A DNA stretch of 64,000 nucleotides, taken from the NCBI GenBank assembly GCA_004022145.1, contig RCNU01000002.1, one strand, 5' to 3'. This DNA comes from Paecilomyces variotii. Taxonomy: Eukaryota. The translations under genes and the position numbers were made by a program. The notes under the pieces were generated by a model. That model searched no databases, was not told where the DNA came from, and saw only the letters and a list, made by a program, of their open reading frames with translations. Shown here piece by piece: positions 12,980 to 24,711 of this stretch (position 1 is its first letter; every line of letters begins with the position of its first letter).

Positions 12980-14620
12980 ATGGAGGATAAGACTACCCAG
13001 CAACAGATAGGTGAAGAGCCTATCAAGGACAATGCCGTCGAAGGAGAGGTGCTCGCCTACAATGGAGACGAATATGGCCCTGATTCGCAGTTGTCGCGGA
13101 CGCTGGGTTCGCGCCATCTGCTCATGTTCTCAGTGGGTTCCTCCATTGGCATGGGTCTATGGTTAGGATCTGGCACTTCTCTCGTCGACGGCGGACCGGC
13201 TGGTATCTTCATAGGATACTGTATCGCAGGTTCCATCGCCTGGGCTCTGAATCAGTCCATCGGCGAGCTGGCGATCATGTATCCTATGGCCTCTGCATTT
13301 CCTCAATGGGCTCGCAAGTTTATCGATACCGCACCTGCTTTCACCGTTGGCTGGGCATATTGGTTCTCCGCGGCTATTACTCTCGCTAACGAACTCCAAG
13401 GTGTTGTCACGGTGCTCAGTTTCTGGACAGATAAAGTTCCTACGGCAGCTTGGCTCTCAATTTTCCTCGTTCTTATTTTCCTCATCAACATCAGCGCCGT
13501 CAAAGTCTTCGGTGAAGCGGAGGTCATCATGTCCACGATCAAGCTGTTTTGGATAGTTGTGGTTATCATAAGCTGCATTATCATCAGTGCTGGAGGAGGA
13601 CCAACCCATGAGAAGATAGGTTTCCGGTACTGGAACTCTGATCCATTCACGCATGGCTTCAAAGGGTTCCTGTCGGTTATGGGAACGTGTATCTTCGCCA
13701 TGTCCGGTTCCGAGATGGGCGGCATCGTCGCCGCAGAGGCCAGTAACCCCAAAAGAGCTGTTCCGAAGGCTGTCAATTCCATCTGGCTTCGTCTCAGTCT
13801 CTTCTATGTCATCGGGGCTCTCATGGTCACGATCACAGTCTCACCAAAGGATCCAAACCTCTTTGGTGGGACTGGTATCAACGCCAGTCCCTTCGTCATC
13901 GCTTTCCGTAACGGCGGAATACCCGGTCTTGCCCACGCCATGAACGCCATCATATTTATCAGTGTGTTCTCCTCTGGAAACGCGCAAGGCTACGCAGGTT
14001 CTCGCACACCCATTGGCCTGGCCAATATCGGAATGGCCCCGGCCATCTTCAAGAAATGCGACCGCCAGGGACGCCCATGGGCCGGTATTGCCATTACTTT
14101 CCTCATCGGAGGAGGCCTGTGCTATCTCAACGTTAGCAACTCCGGTGCGACCGTCTTCACCTGGTTCTCTAACCTCACTTCCCTCTGCACTTTGTACACT
14201 TGGGGTATCATCTTCCTGGCCCACATCCGATTCCGTCGCGCCTGGAAGGTACAAGGCCACAGCCCGGAGGAACTGCCCTGGAAGACATGGACCTACCCTC
14301 TTGGTGCTTACTGGGGACTTGCCTGGTGTATTATCTTGATTATCGTAGAGTTCTACATCGCTGTGTGGCCACTTGGTGAGAAGAGCTCCGCCAAAAACTT
14401 CTTCGCGAATTACATTTCAATCGTGGCGATGTTGGTCCTGTATATCGGTGCCAAGATCTACTACCGGGGACCCTTCTGGATCAAGGCTGAACATATCGAT
14501 CTCAACACAGGCAGAAGGTACTACCCCACCGAGGATATGGAAAAGGAAGCTGGAAACCGCACCAAAAGGTTCGGTCTCGCAAGTATCACCGGATTCCTCA
14601 CCGGAGAGTCCAAGATATAA
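12980..14620 (+). CDS. Amino-acid permease (APC superfamily, YAT family), intronless
   Basis: LGSRHLLMFSVGSSIGMGLWLGSG, FGEAE, GSEMGGIVAAEASNP, ASPFVIAF; about 12 hydrophobic segments; first ATG at 12980. Confidence 0.95.
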   Translation: MEDKTTQQQIGEEPIKDNAVEGEVLAYNGDEYGPDSQLSRTLGSRHLLMFSVGSSIGMGLWLGSGTSLVDGGPAGIFIGYCIAGSIAWALNQSIGELAIMYPMASAFPQWARKFIDTAPAFTVGWAYWFSAAITLANELQGVVTVLSFWTDKVPTAAWLSIFLVLIFLINISAVKVFGEAEVIMSTIKLFWIVVVIISCIIISAGGGPTHEKIGFRYWNSDPFTHGFKGFLSVMGTCIFAMSGSEMGGIVAAEASNPKRAVPKAVNSIWLRLSLFYVIGALMVTITVSPKDPNLFGGTGINASPFVIAFRNGGIPGLAHAMNAIIFISVFSSGNAQGYAGSRTPIGLANIGMAPAIFKKCDRQGRPWAGIAITFLIGGGLCYLNVSNSGATVFTWFSNLTSLCTLYTWGIIFLAHIRFRRAWKVQGHSPEELPWKTWTYPLGAYWGLAWCIILIIVEFYIAVWPLGEKSSAKNFFANYISIVAMLVLYIGAKIYYRGPFWIKAEHIDLNTGRRYYPTEDMEKEAGNRTKRFGLASITGFLTGESKI

Positions 14621-15197
14621 GATAACTTATAAAGCATCACTTATGTCCGCAGCTAGGAAATAAAAAAGAAACCAGTTGCAGTTGAAATTTGTACCAAGTC
14701 CGTGTTATCGTCGTGTACTATGTATTTCCATATCTTAGTTGAGCCTTTTAGCTATGGCACTATTTTCATAAACTTTGACAGCTTTTGACGTGTATATTAA
14801 GACCTTCAAGAGCTTGAAAGCAATCATGCTGTGAAGGATAGATGAAATCGGACACGAGAACTCGCAACCAGGCGATAAGCCGACCATGTGTATCCATATA
14901 TACAGAAATATGAAAATTTAAGATGTGTCTGCAGAGTGCTCATTCCCGCTATCTAGATTGCAATCTACCTAGGTACCTAGATAGTTGATAGTTGATTTAT
15001 CCGCCTGTTACTAATTCGCTTGACGGTAACCGCGTATTTGGTAACTTGGTTACTTACCTACCTAGGTAGTTACCGCTAATCTTGGCAGGCAGCAGCGACG
15101 TAAGTACAGTGCGGCTAGTACAATTTATTTTTCCTTGCCCAGGTCGCTGGAGTGTGAAAATCAACCATAACATAGACATTCACTTGAGAGATAAACC

Positions 15198-16847
15198 ATG
15201 TGTATTGTCAAACTCCCTCTGGAGATCCTCCATGAAGTCGTTAAGTTTTGCATTCCTGAAGAAATCGACCAATTGTCAGAGACCTGTAGGACTCTCTACC
15301 ATGCGACACAACGGTTCCGTGCGGACCACTTGTTGAAGCGCCGCCAGTATACCGTTTTCCGATATCATAATGGGATGAATGACGATGACGAAGAAGAAGA
15401 AGAAGAAGAAGGAAAGGACGGCAACGATGACCATAGTGATGGTGGCAGCAGCGGCAACAATTCCGAGAATCACCAATTGCGCATATCCCACTGTGTCGAA
15501 TTACTGCTAAAAATTGCTCAAGAACCGCTTATTGCGCGTTATATCCAAATTGCAGATCTTCGCGGGGATTTTGAACCGTATTGCAGGCCCGACGAAGAAT
15601 ATCACATTGCATATGACGAACTAGTTTCACGGAAGACAACTATCATGGAACTGATCGAGGCGTGTCCCTTGTTGCGAGAGGCGGAAGCCGATGCAACTAC
15701 ATTCTGGGAGCATATGGTCGATGAAGACACCAAGACATTTTCACCATCATATGTCACGTTACTTATTCTGTCCTTCATGACCAATGTCAGAAAATTAGCG
15801 CTTCCCATGCACATGTCAAAGACAAGCAGTGCTGAGGATGCTCTGTTCAGGAAGGTGGCTGATACCATGGTCAGGATAGCACAGACCACGAACACAAAAA
15901 CTGGAAGCCGAGACATAGCTCTAGCTAAACTAAGAACTTTACTTCCCATGACTGGGGCTGACTATGAGGACAAGGTCGCTCTGCAGACTTTGGTACCTTT
16001 TATGTCTATTCCTTCAGTGGTTGAAGTTCTAGGCAGTAGCTGTGTTGCCCTCGACGATGGTTACACTGGCTACCCTTTCAATCCTGACTACGAAAGCTTT
16101 GGGAGAAGCCTCGAGCGATTGGAACTGATGAGTAGCACTGTGGGCGTCCGCGAAATAAGAACACTGCTGCAACAATGTTCGAAAGTCAAGGTGTTCAAGC
16201 TTGACTACACAGTCAAATGGCATGGGTGTGGGTGGAATTGGAATGCAGGTCATTTTATGCGTGCTATCGAGGATACCTGCAGTGATACTCTAGAAGATTT
16301 AGGTATCGATATTGGTGGGGATGTCAATGACATAGGTACGGGTATTGTCTCTATGAAACGGTTCAGAAGCCTCAAGCGGATCGAGCTCGATGTGCAAGTG
16401 TTTCTAGGCGTCCCTTGTGGGGGAGATATTGACCAAGCCTGGGATTATGACACCACCGATGAGGCTCCCATGGGTGATCCGGAGATTCCGAAAGTTACGG
16501 ATTTGTTGCCTGCATCTGCGGAAAAGCTATTGCTTTTTGCACAAGATTATGATGAACATGCGGAATGCCTTGAAGCGTTGTTTGCCGGTGTAACACAGGC
16601 GGAACGCGAGAAACATCTACCAAACCTCAAAACCGTCGCAGTCAAGGTCCGAACGCATAGTCGTCTAAGCCTAAGTTCTCCTGCAGACCGGGCTTCAGAC
16701 TCGGAGGAGGCCAGGACATTCGCTTCTAAAATTCGAAATAAATTCGAGGTCGCTACGAGCGCAATCAATCGCTTTGGAGGCCGCATGAGTTACGTCCGAC
16801 ATTCGAATATGGTCAGCTTTACTCCTGAAATATTCAGTTATCTTTAG
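15198..16847 (+). CDS. F-box domain protein with LRR-like C-terminal region
   Basis: N-terminal LPLEILHEVVKFC..EEIDQLSETCRTLY F-box; repeated LxxLxL segments (LERLEL, LEDLGI, LKRIELD); acidic tract encoded by a GAA/GAC microsatellite. Confidence 0.75.
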   Translation: MCIVKLPLEILHEVVKFCIPEEIDQLSETCRTLYHATQRFRADHLLKRRQYTVFRYHNGMNDDDEEEEEEEGKDGNDDHSDGGSSGNNSENHQLRISHCVELLLKIAQEPLIARYIQIADLRGDFEPYCRPDEEYHIAYDELVSRKTTIMELIEACPLLREAEADATTFWEHMVDEDTKTFSPSYVTLLILSFMTNVRKLALPMHMSKTSSAEDALFRKVADTMVRIAQTTNTKTGSRDIALAKLRTLLPMTGADYEDKVALQTLVPFMSIPSVVEVLGSSCVALDDGYTGYPFNPDYESFGRSLERLELMSSTVGVREIRTLLQQCSKVKVFKLDYTVKWHGCGWNWNAGHFMRAIEDTCSDTLEDLGIDIGGDVNDIGTGIVSMKRFRSLKRIELDVQVFLGVPCGGDIDQAWDYDTTDEAPMGDPEIPKVTDLLPASAEKLLLFAQDYDEHAECLEALFAGVTQAEREKHLPNLKTVAVKVRTHSRLSLSSPADRASDSEEARTFASKIRNKFEVATSAINRFGGRMSYVRHSNMVSFTPEIFSYL

Positions 16848-17008
16848 TAGCAGGAGAACTATCTGTATTAGACCTATACGGAGGATATACATATGAGCAT
16901 TGAAAACGTTTCATTTCCCGACTATGGCTTGACAAGAGCATTCGCGGCATATTTACGGCATCTAACTCTTTTCTATTCAAATTTGGATTTGATTGAAGTG
17001 CTGCATTA

Positions 17009-17560
17009 TCACTGCTTGAAAATGAAATCTTCGGGGTTAGCCAAAATCGCCTCGCCTCTTAGATCTTTCCACAAATCATTCACCTGATCGACAGCTTCCT
17101 GGCATAATGGTCCCTTCTTAAGCTATCCAAGAGCTGCAGCGAACTCGATCCTGTCCCTGGAGGCAATGATAATTACCTCCCGTTATCAGGCTTCAAGTTC
17201 GAGTGGTACGTTACCTACCTGCAAGCAATTATTTCCACTAGCAATCGTCCCAAACCCAGAGGAAATGTTTAGCGTCGCAGGGGTGATGTAGAAACTGTTG
17301 TACATATTTCAAAATAATCCGATCTCTTTATTGAATCGCCCTTTGCCATAAGTAATAATCTCCTCGGGAGTCTTGCTATGTTTTTGGTCATCATATATTA
17401 CGCTCGAAATTATGACTTCAGCTTCTCTAACAGTACAACGGGATTGCTAAATTAGACAGACCATAAAACCCTAAGACTGGTTAGGTAGTTCCAAGAAATC
17501 TTGTGGAATCACCAATAAATTATTGATCCGTTTCTCGAAATGTGAATTCATAAGTATATG
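17009..17560 (-). pseudogene. Aldo-keto reductase (AKR7 / aflatoxin-aldehyde-reductase-like) relic
   Basis: Minus-strand fragments KTPEEIITYGKGRF, ACR*VTYHSNLKPDNG, VIIIAS...LG*LKKGPLCQEAVDQVNDLWKDL resemble the AKR7 C-terminus (ALRW..YHS.L....GDAII.GAS...KGPL). No intact ORF. Confidence 0.55.
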
Positions 17561-18629
17561 TCAGCACTTGTTTGAGAACTCATTTATTTATGGCTGAGCT
17601 GCTCGTGTGATCTAACAACGCGATAAAAATACCTCGAACTTAGTCAACGTGCATAGAGTAACTTAATTATCCCATCTAAGTACTCGCCTACTATTACTCC
17701 GGGGCAGTTATTCGTTGTAGGGCGTGGTCATCTGCAGATCCCGCCTTCATCCGTTAACAAGCACAGCGTGATCCTGTATCCGTTCAGAAGGTTTCTGTCC
17801 TTGCCGAAAGCATCGGAAAGTCGATCTTACTAGGCCACAAGAAGGCCAAGATCACCAAAATGTCTGAGACTTTGAGATTCTTGGCCTCAGACTTGGCACT
17901 GTCGGTTTCCGTTTGGAGCAGTCGACCTATGATTATTATCGGCACGGGCAGCAAAAATAGATGGCGCAGCATCATGGCTGTTCCTATTCCGCCATGGATC
18001 GATCTGTTACTCCACAGCAGATTCTAGCAGTCATACAGTACCTGATCCTCAATGTAACCCTCGCCATCTGGTAGAGAAGCTACCTGATTGCAATGTCCAC
18101 CTCTAATGCAGTAGTCTATGGTACAGTCTCAAAAGTTTATGTGCTCAACCGAGTAACAAGACTCCACATGCATGTCTTACCTGCAAAAGATTGACCTTAT
18201 ATTCTATTTTTAACCATCTTCAGCCTTCGCGACAACTTACCTTGACACAGTAAGAACCTGTGAAACTCTGTTACTGACACCCTTCCACTTGCAACAGTGG
18301 GCGATGTGGTGTAATTCTGTAACTTTGTCTCACATTCTTGTTCTCTCCTCTCCGCGACTCACCGCTAGAGAGTGTAGCGGCGATATATAGAGTAGAGTCT
18401 CTGCTACTTTCTTTACTTGCTATTATTTTCCTATTCATAAAAATATATTATAACAAAATCTCCTCGCAAGTTAGTAGATAACATTCTCCTCACGAATCTT
18501 TTTAACAGCCCTCGCCTGCAATATTCTCTGTTATCGAGTCCACGTCGCTTCTCCGTTCCGGAATATATCACCACGAGTGCACTAAACATACTATCTGTCA
18601 AAGACTTCAATAATAACTCTGGAATCAAG

Positions 18630-19064
18630 ATGAAGACCTTTATCGTCTCCGCTCTTGCGGCCCTCGCCCCAATTGCTGCTTTTGCCGCGCCAGCTAATAC
18701 AAGCGTAACCGTCTCCTACGACACGAAATACGACAATGCTGGTCTGGATCTTGACACAACTTCTTGCTCAGACGGCCAATACGGACTCGTAACAAAGGGC
18801 TACAAGACTGCTGGCGCGCTACCCTCTTTCCCAAATATCGGCGGTGCCTTTACTGTTCCCGGATGGAACAGTCCAAACTGCGGCAAATGCTACCAGCTCA
18901 GCTGGGAGGGCAAGAGCATCTATGTTACAGCAGTGGATCACACAGCGGAGGGATTCAACATCGGACAGAAGGCCTTGGATACCCTGACCGGTGGACTTGC
19001 GGTGCAGGTCGGAAGAGTGACTGCCACTTATTCTGAGGCGGATCCTTCGAGCTGCGGCCTGTAA
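18630..19064 (+). CDS. Cerato-platanin family secreted protein (SnodProt1/Asp f 15-like)
   Basis: Signal peptide; VSYDTKYD, CSDGQYGL, FPNIGG, GWNSPNCGKCYQL, AVDH, FNI and terminal SSCGL; 4 Cys. Confidence 0.95.
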   Translation: MKTFIVSALAALAPIAAFAAPANTSVTVSYDTKYDNAGLDLDTTSCSDGQYGLVTKGYKTAGALPSFPNIGGAFTVPGWNSPNCGKCYQLSWEGKSIYVTAVDHTAEGFNIGQKALDTLTGGLAVQVGRVTATYSEADPSSCGL

Positions 19065-20584
19065 AACGATCGGAAGTACGACGAAGAGACTCGATGGGAA
19101 GTGGTATAACGGAGGCGTAAATAGTTTTAGAAGATGGAAGCTCAGGGTGCATCATTTCTGGCTTCTTTTCTTTTTTATTCTTGTTTTCTTCCTTTCTTTT
19201 CCTTCCCGAGATTCTATGGCAAGGAGATTTCGCATACCCTTTCTTGTCATATCCATTCCTTGTATAATGCGGTGAGAAACCAATTGTTGCATGATGCATG
19301 ATCTAGGATCTTAATTTGATGTTTTTTTTTTTTTTTACCGATTCTTAACCCTGGATAAAGAATGTAATCCCTCGTAGATCAAGACAGGAAGTTTTCGAAT
19401 AACGTTAAAACCAAAAATGCTAGTTTTCGACGAAACGTCCACAGGTAAGCTGTCCATTCGAGCATAAGACGTTTTTAGTGGCTCTTCTCATAGATCTTGT
19501 AACGGTTTTTATAAAGTTAGAGATTCATATCAGTGAAGCGGATCATGTGTCTTAATATGGCTTTCAATAGTTATCAAATCGCGATTCCCAACATAAACCT
19601 CACGCATTTCAATTCATACTCACAGACCTCTAATTATCCTCATTGTTGAATTATCGTATCAAGCTTAAGTATCTTTGACACTCTTATGTTGTCGATTAGC
19701 AGTACTTCCTCGGGAACTAAACCTCGACATAAGCTTCGTCGCAAGTCACGAGTGGAGATATAGTACGAGATAGACCCCGTTACATAGTAACCAACGGTCC
19801 GGGGTCGAAACAGATCGGGAAATAAAATACGAACCCTCAAATCTATCCTTGTGGCCTTAGGAATACGGCTTTCGGCCCGGACAATTGATGATTCAGCCAA
19901 GCATGATTATTAACTATATTTCAAGGTCCTGGCTGAGTTATATCCCTTACCTATTATAGACGTTATTCCTTTCAAAATGGTGAACAAAATGTGCGGCTAT
20001 TTCATTTGGCGGGCGTCCCAGCAGATGATACTGTACCTAAGAAGCTATGGACAGAGTCTCGAAGGGTCGATCAAACAAGGATTATCATTTAATCTACGTC
20101 AATTCTTTTTTCTGCAACCGGTTGCACATATGCCGATCTAAGTATGCAACGCGTACGCTTCTCGAGCCCAGACGCATAGGAGAAATTGAAAGGTCCTTTT
20201 TGCCGACCCTCGTCGCCATTTTATAAAAATTACGTACTGGCTCCCTCCGTTTAACGTAGTGAGAGCACCCTGGTAAAAAATCCTAGTACAGTGAGTGTAG
20301 GTTCTGGACTAGCCATGGAGCATTATACGATTGGCCGAAAAACATTTGCCATAAATTTTCCAAATCGTAGGCAGCCAATGAAGCCATTATGGACGACCTT
20401 ATAACGAACTTTCAACTAGTTGGACCGAACAGACATGGACAGGCTAACAACGTCTGAAGCGTGCAGGGCGCATGTACATACACATATATTACAAAGTGAC
20501 CCAAACTTCGAGTCATCAAATCTGAATAATACAAGACTCGTCGTTTCATTCGAAAATGTCTCCAATATCGTAATCCATGCCGGC

Positions 20585-23500
20585 TTACTTCGCCCTCTTA
20601 ATCACCTTTCTGATCTTCGTAGCGCTGCCCGTAGGAAGGATATCTCCGCGATCTTCGTCGCTACTGCCAGTGTCGTCTCCGCTATCACTATCACTTTCGC
20701 TTTCAGAACTGCCGGATGGGGAGAAGATGTCCTTCCTCGCGGGACGGTTATTCTGGTTTGAGAAAACGCGCTGTTTGGAGTTCTTTGCTCTTTCGGCTTG
20801 TAAGGACTTTTGCTCAGCTAGCATACCTTTCAGGCTCGCACGGATGCGTTTGCCGGCTGAATCGGGTTGGGATGAAGTAAAGGATCCGAGTGAAGATTGC
20901 GCGGACGGAGGTAGCGCAGGACTATGTCCATTTGGGAGGATCCCTGTACCATTCAATCGTGCTGGGGCGGTTGATGGAGGCGGAGCACTGTTTTTGCCCG
21001 GTGGAATGGTGTCATCATCCGACTCGTCTTCAGATTCGGATTCGGACTCTGAGCTCGACGTCGATTCTGATGCCGAGGACTCTTTTTCACTGGCCGCCTT
21101 GGGAGGCGAGGCCTTACTGGGCTCCTCGGCCTTCTCAATGGGTTCGGCAGTCGGGTTCTCATGAACTTCGCCAGCACGTCTCTCTATGGCATGGCTCGGT
21201 GACTTCAATGGTGAACCTGTCCAAGCAGGAACAGAACCAGAGCGCGACCGGGCCGGTGATCTGACCCTCTCAAGCATTTCCGCCTTGGCCATTTCAGGAC
21301 CTTCATCCTCGTCATCTTCATCCCCATGCTGCTCTTTGGCGGCAGAAGTGTTATCTTCCGAGGCCACTGCTGGCTCCGCCACAGCAGACTCAGAATCCGC
21401 TTCATGATACGAGTCCTTCTCTTCGGACGCCGACTTGTTTTCAGGTTCATCTTCGTCATCTTCCGACTCAGAGGTATCTTCCGGCGATATATCTGCCTTC
21501 GTAATTTGTCGTTTGGCGACAGTGCTAGTTTGTTTGGGGGCCTTGCTGGTAAGCTTGGTCTCCTCTGTAGAACGTATCTTAGGAACTGTGGGCAAGTTGA
21601 TATCATCTGAATCAAGCGAGGAGTGTGGAAGCCCGTTGGCATTTGTTGCCTGAGTCACCTTCGGCTGCTCAGGAAGTGCTGCTGCACTTGTCTCTTTGGC
21701 CACAGGTGATTTGGACTTTGTGGCAGATTTAGACTTCGATGAAGCTCGAGAACTTAGACGATCTCCAGGATCAGCTTTTGGTTCTGATCTCTTGGCAGAG
21801 AGGGTCATGGGTTCTTCTTTCTCTAGAAGGAGCTTCTCTTTGTTTCGAAGTTTGGCTCGGAGACGATTGAGACGACTGCGCTCGTCTCTCTTGTTGCTCT
21901 TTTCTAGCTCCACGACTTCTTTCCAGGTGAAGAAGACATCCCGGAGTAAGCGCACATGTTCATGATTGCCACTCTCCTCGGCAGCCTTTATCTTCCTCTC
22001 GTATTCTGCCGACTTCTCCGCTCGAATGGCCTCTTCCTTCTTGGTTTTCTCAGCTGCCTCATTTATATATTGCTCCAGGCGTTCCCGGGGTACGTTGGCA
22101 GGGAAGACCATGGTCTGGCTGGAAGAAAGCGGCGTAGACCTCGGAGTTGATTGGTCTGCTTTAGAGCCTGTTCGCGGAGTCGATCTTGGTACAGATCGTG
22201 GTGCAGGTGCAGCCGGTGTGGTGACTATGTCCGCTTCCTCTGCAAAGGACACAGAGCGCCGTTCTTGGCTTCTTTCCAGGGGCGAATCTTTTCGCATGGC
22301 TGACCTCTTTATATGTTCTACGCCAGGACTCTGAGCCTTCGAGGGCGTGACATCAGCCTGCTGACCGAACGAAAGACGGCGAGCCACACTACTGGGAAAC
22401 AATGGGGTTGTAGATACAGGATCCCGGTTGGGAAGTCTGTCATTAGTTTCAGCAACTGGCTGCTTCCGTGGTGGGCTCTTAGTGATTCCCAGACCTAGGC
22501 CAGGTTTCACTGAGTGATCAGTGAGGCTTGGCCGCCTCTGTGGACCCGAGAACGAAGGTGCCTTCTCACGTCTCCGTACAGGCGAAGACGCATCTGTGAG
22601 CTCGATGCAGTCTTGTGTCATCCTAGGTTCTTTGCTCTTTGACCTGGTTTCGGACGGGCTGCTCGTTAGCTGTAGACGAGGCCCCTTTTGGGGAGGTAGC
22701 TGTTCGCTACTCTTCTTCCTCTTCCGCGTTGCCGCTCCCTGGGGCTTCTTCTCTACTATGGTCTGGAGAACAGGGTTGTCTATCACAACGACGGGAGACG
22801 CAACACGTTGCTTCTCCCGCGGTGATTCAGGCTCCACGTCTGTCATGTCAACATCATCCTGGGCTGTTGCATATGTAGTAGCGGCTTTTAAGTTGGTTTC
22901 TGGCTTCTGTTGCTCAAACGCAGACGCTGTCTCAATCTCGTGCGCAGACTCAGGTCGCAAGCCTGGTAGCTGGAATCGTGTTTCGACCTCTGGAATCTCT
23001 GGGCGGGCGAAAGGGTCAGGGGCAAGCTCGGGAGCCAGCTGACGAACGGGTGTCGGTGATTCTCCCAATTCTTTGCTCTCCATCCTTCTGGCTTGCGGAG
23101 TAGCCGCGACCTCGTCAGCTTGCTCTTGTTCTTGAGACGGAGGAGCCAGGGCAGGCGACTCGCGTCCCCAACGCGGAGGCGTCAGCAGAGGCTCGTCTCT
23201 CTCCACAGAGCGTACCGGAACATCGCTCTGCCTGCGACTGCCATTCGAACTGTATGGACCCTGAGAGAAACGGGACGATACCGGGGTGGTCTCCTCCTCG
23301 ATGGTCTCGAATTTAGGAACCTTTGGTTTGTTCTTCGCTTCCTCCTCCTTCATGCGTTCATAGTGCTGTGCAGCCGCGTCCCAGTCCTGGACGACAGAGC
23401 TGAATCGAGTAGGGGCATATGGCGCGGGTTTCTGAATAACGCGCACGGTGCCGCGCTGGTCAAGGCCGTCAGAGCGCGCCTTGCCATTGTCGACGAAAAC

Positions 23501-23936
23501 GTCCGCCACGGTCATATCAGGATCGAGATCCTCCGAATCATGTGCATCATCCACGAGTTTCTTGATCTCCAGGGGCCTGAGATAATCCGCCGGTTAGTGT
23601 ATATCTTCCCTTGAGACTCACTCCGCAATATGTCGAATGCCTTGGAGACTTGTTCGAGTATGGCAGTCGTATCCTCACTAGCACAGGAGGGACTTACTCC
23701 GCATCTGGCCTCAATTTCTTCCACTTGGCCTGGATCATGCCCGCCAAACCACCCAGTGTAACCTCGTCAGGATGCTCCAGGACGAGCAAAAAGCTCGCTG
23801 GCTTCCCGTTGCCACCTCCATTGCCATTCCTGTCCGAATCGTCTTTTCGCTCGGGAAGAAGACTGCGGAATAACGATAGGGCTGGTTGTATCTGCTCGCG
23901 AGGAAGGATCTTCACGGTGAGGCGAAGGAACACCAT
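20585..23936 (-). CDS. Net1/Tof2/Dnt1-like nucleolar protein (Cdc14-binding-type N-terminal domain plus long disordered region); intron 23577-23697
   Basis: Exon 1 MVFLRLTVK..FLLVLEHP..TLGGLAGMIQAKWKKLRPDAE joins PLEIKKLVDD..DLDPDMTVADVF, resembling the DLDPDFxVxDVF motif of Net1/Dnt1 N-termini. The rest is S/P/E/K-rich low-complexity sequence with a coiled coil and acidic serine tracts. Confidence 0.65.
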
Positions 23937-24711
23937 GATGGATAATCAGAGTTGTCATGCGGGGGTATCAATAGCTTCGAACGAGGGAGAACTAAGGTAT
24001 CAGTGTGGGACAGTAAGAAGAAAAGACATTGGCATAATCAGTAATGAGGAATGTAGATGCTGGCGTAGTATGTCTGGGCGACAGCTTCGTAGCTATCGGT
24101 TTGCAGTTTGTTGGAGAAACAGAGAAAGGAAGAGGTTGAGAAGGAAGTGAGCTGGAAGAGAACGGGATTGATTGTGTTGCTCCCAGCACTGGATGGCAGG
24201 ATATGAGCACTGTGCCCCAGCTCTGTCACGCTGCAGAAGATGCAGGCTGGCTGAGCTGCCTGTGAATACGCAGAGACAAGCAAGAAAGAAAGTGGTAATA
24301 TTGAAACACCGCTCGATGCTGCTCCCGCTCTCGGCCTCCACACCCACGCGGAACCGACGCGTCGGGCGCGGAAGAGTCTCGCTCAGGAGAAAAAGGATTG
24401 TCCGTCGCGACTCGGACAAAGCGCCACACTCGCACAGACCGAGCTTACAGAGATCAAGTGTGAGACAGATAACTAACAATAACAATAATGATAATTAATA
24501 ATACTAATAATTATAATAGAGAAGGCTTATAACTGCAAATTAAGATCTCTGGTGTGTTTTATAACAGAAAGGGCTTAGTGGTGGTATATCCGCGCTGTGC
24601 CTGACAGCACATTGTAACTGTCGCAAAACTACATGGCAGATGCTATAATCATCACATTTCCGTAACACATAGTACTGAAATCACTAATCGGGCACACTAT
24701 CCACACGCGAT

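Noticed and set aside
13159-14663. Overlapping ORFs within the permease; similar ones within ire1, cct2 and the Net1-like gene
   Set aside because: Expected shadow ORFs of GC-rich coding sequence.
24470-24520. AAT/AAC-rich tract; also poly-T at ~19322 and a purine-rich run at ~29245
   Set aside because: Ordinary low-complexity UTR or intergenic sequence.
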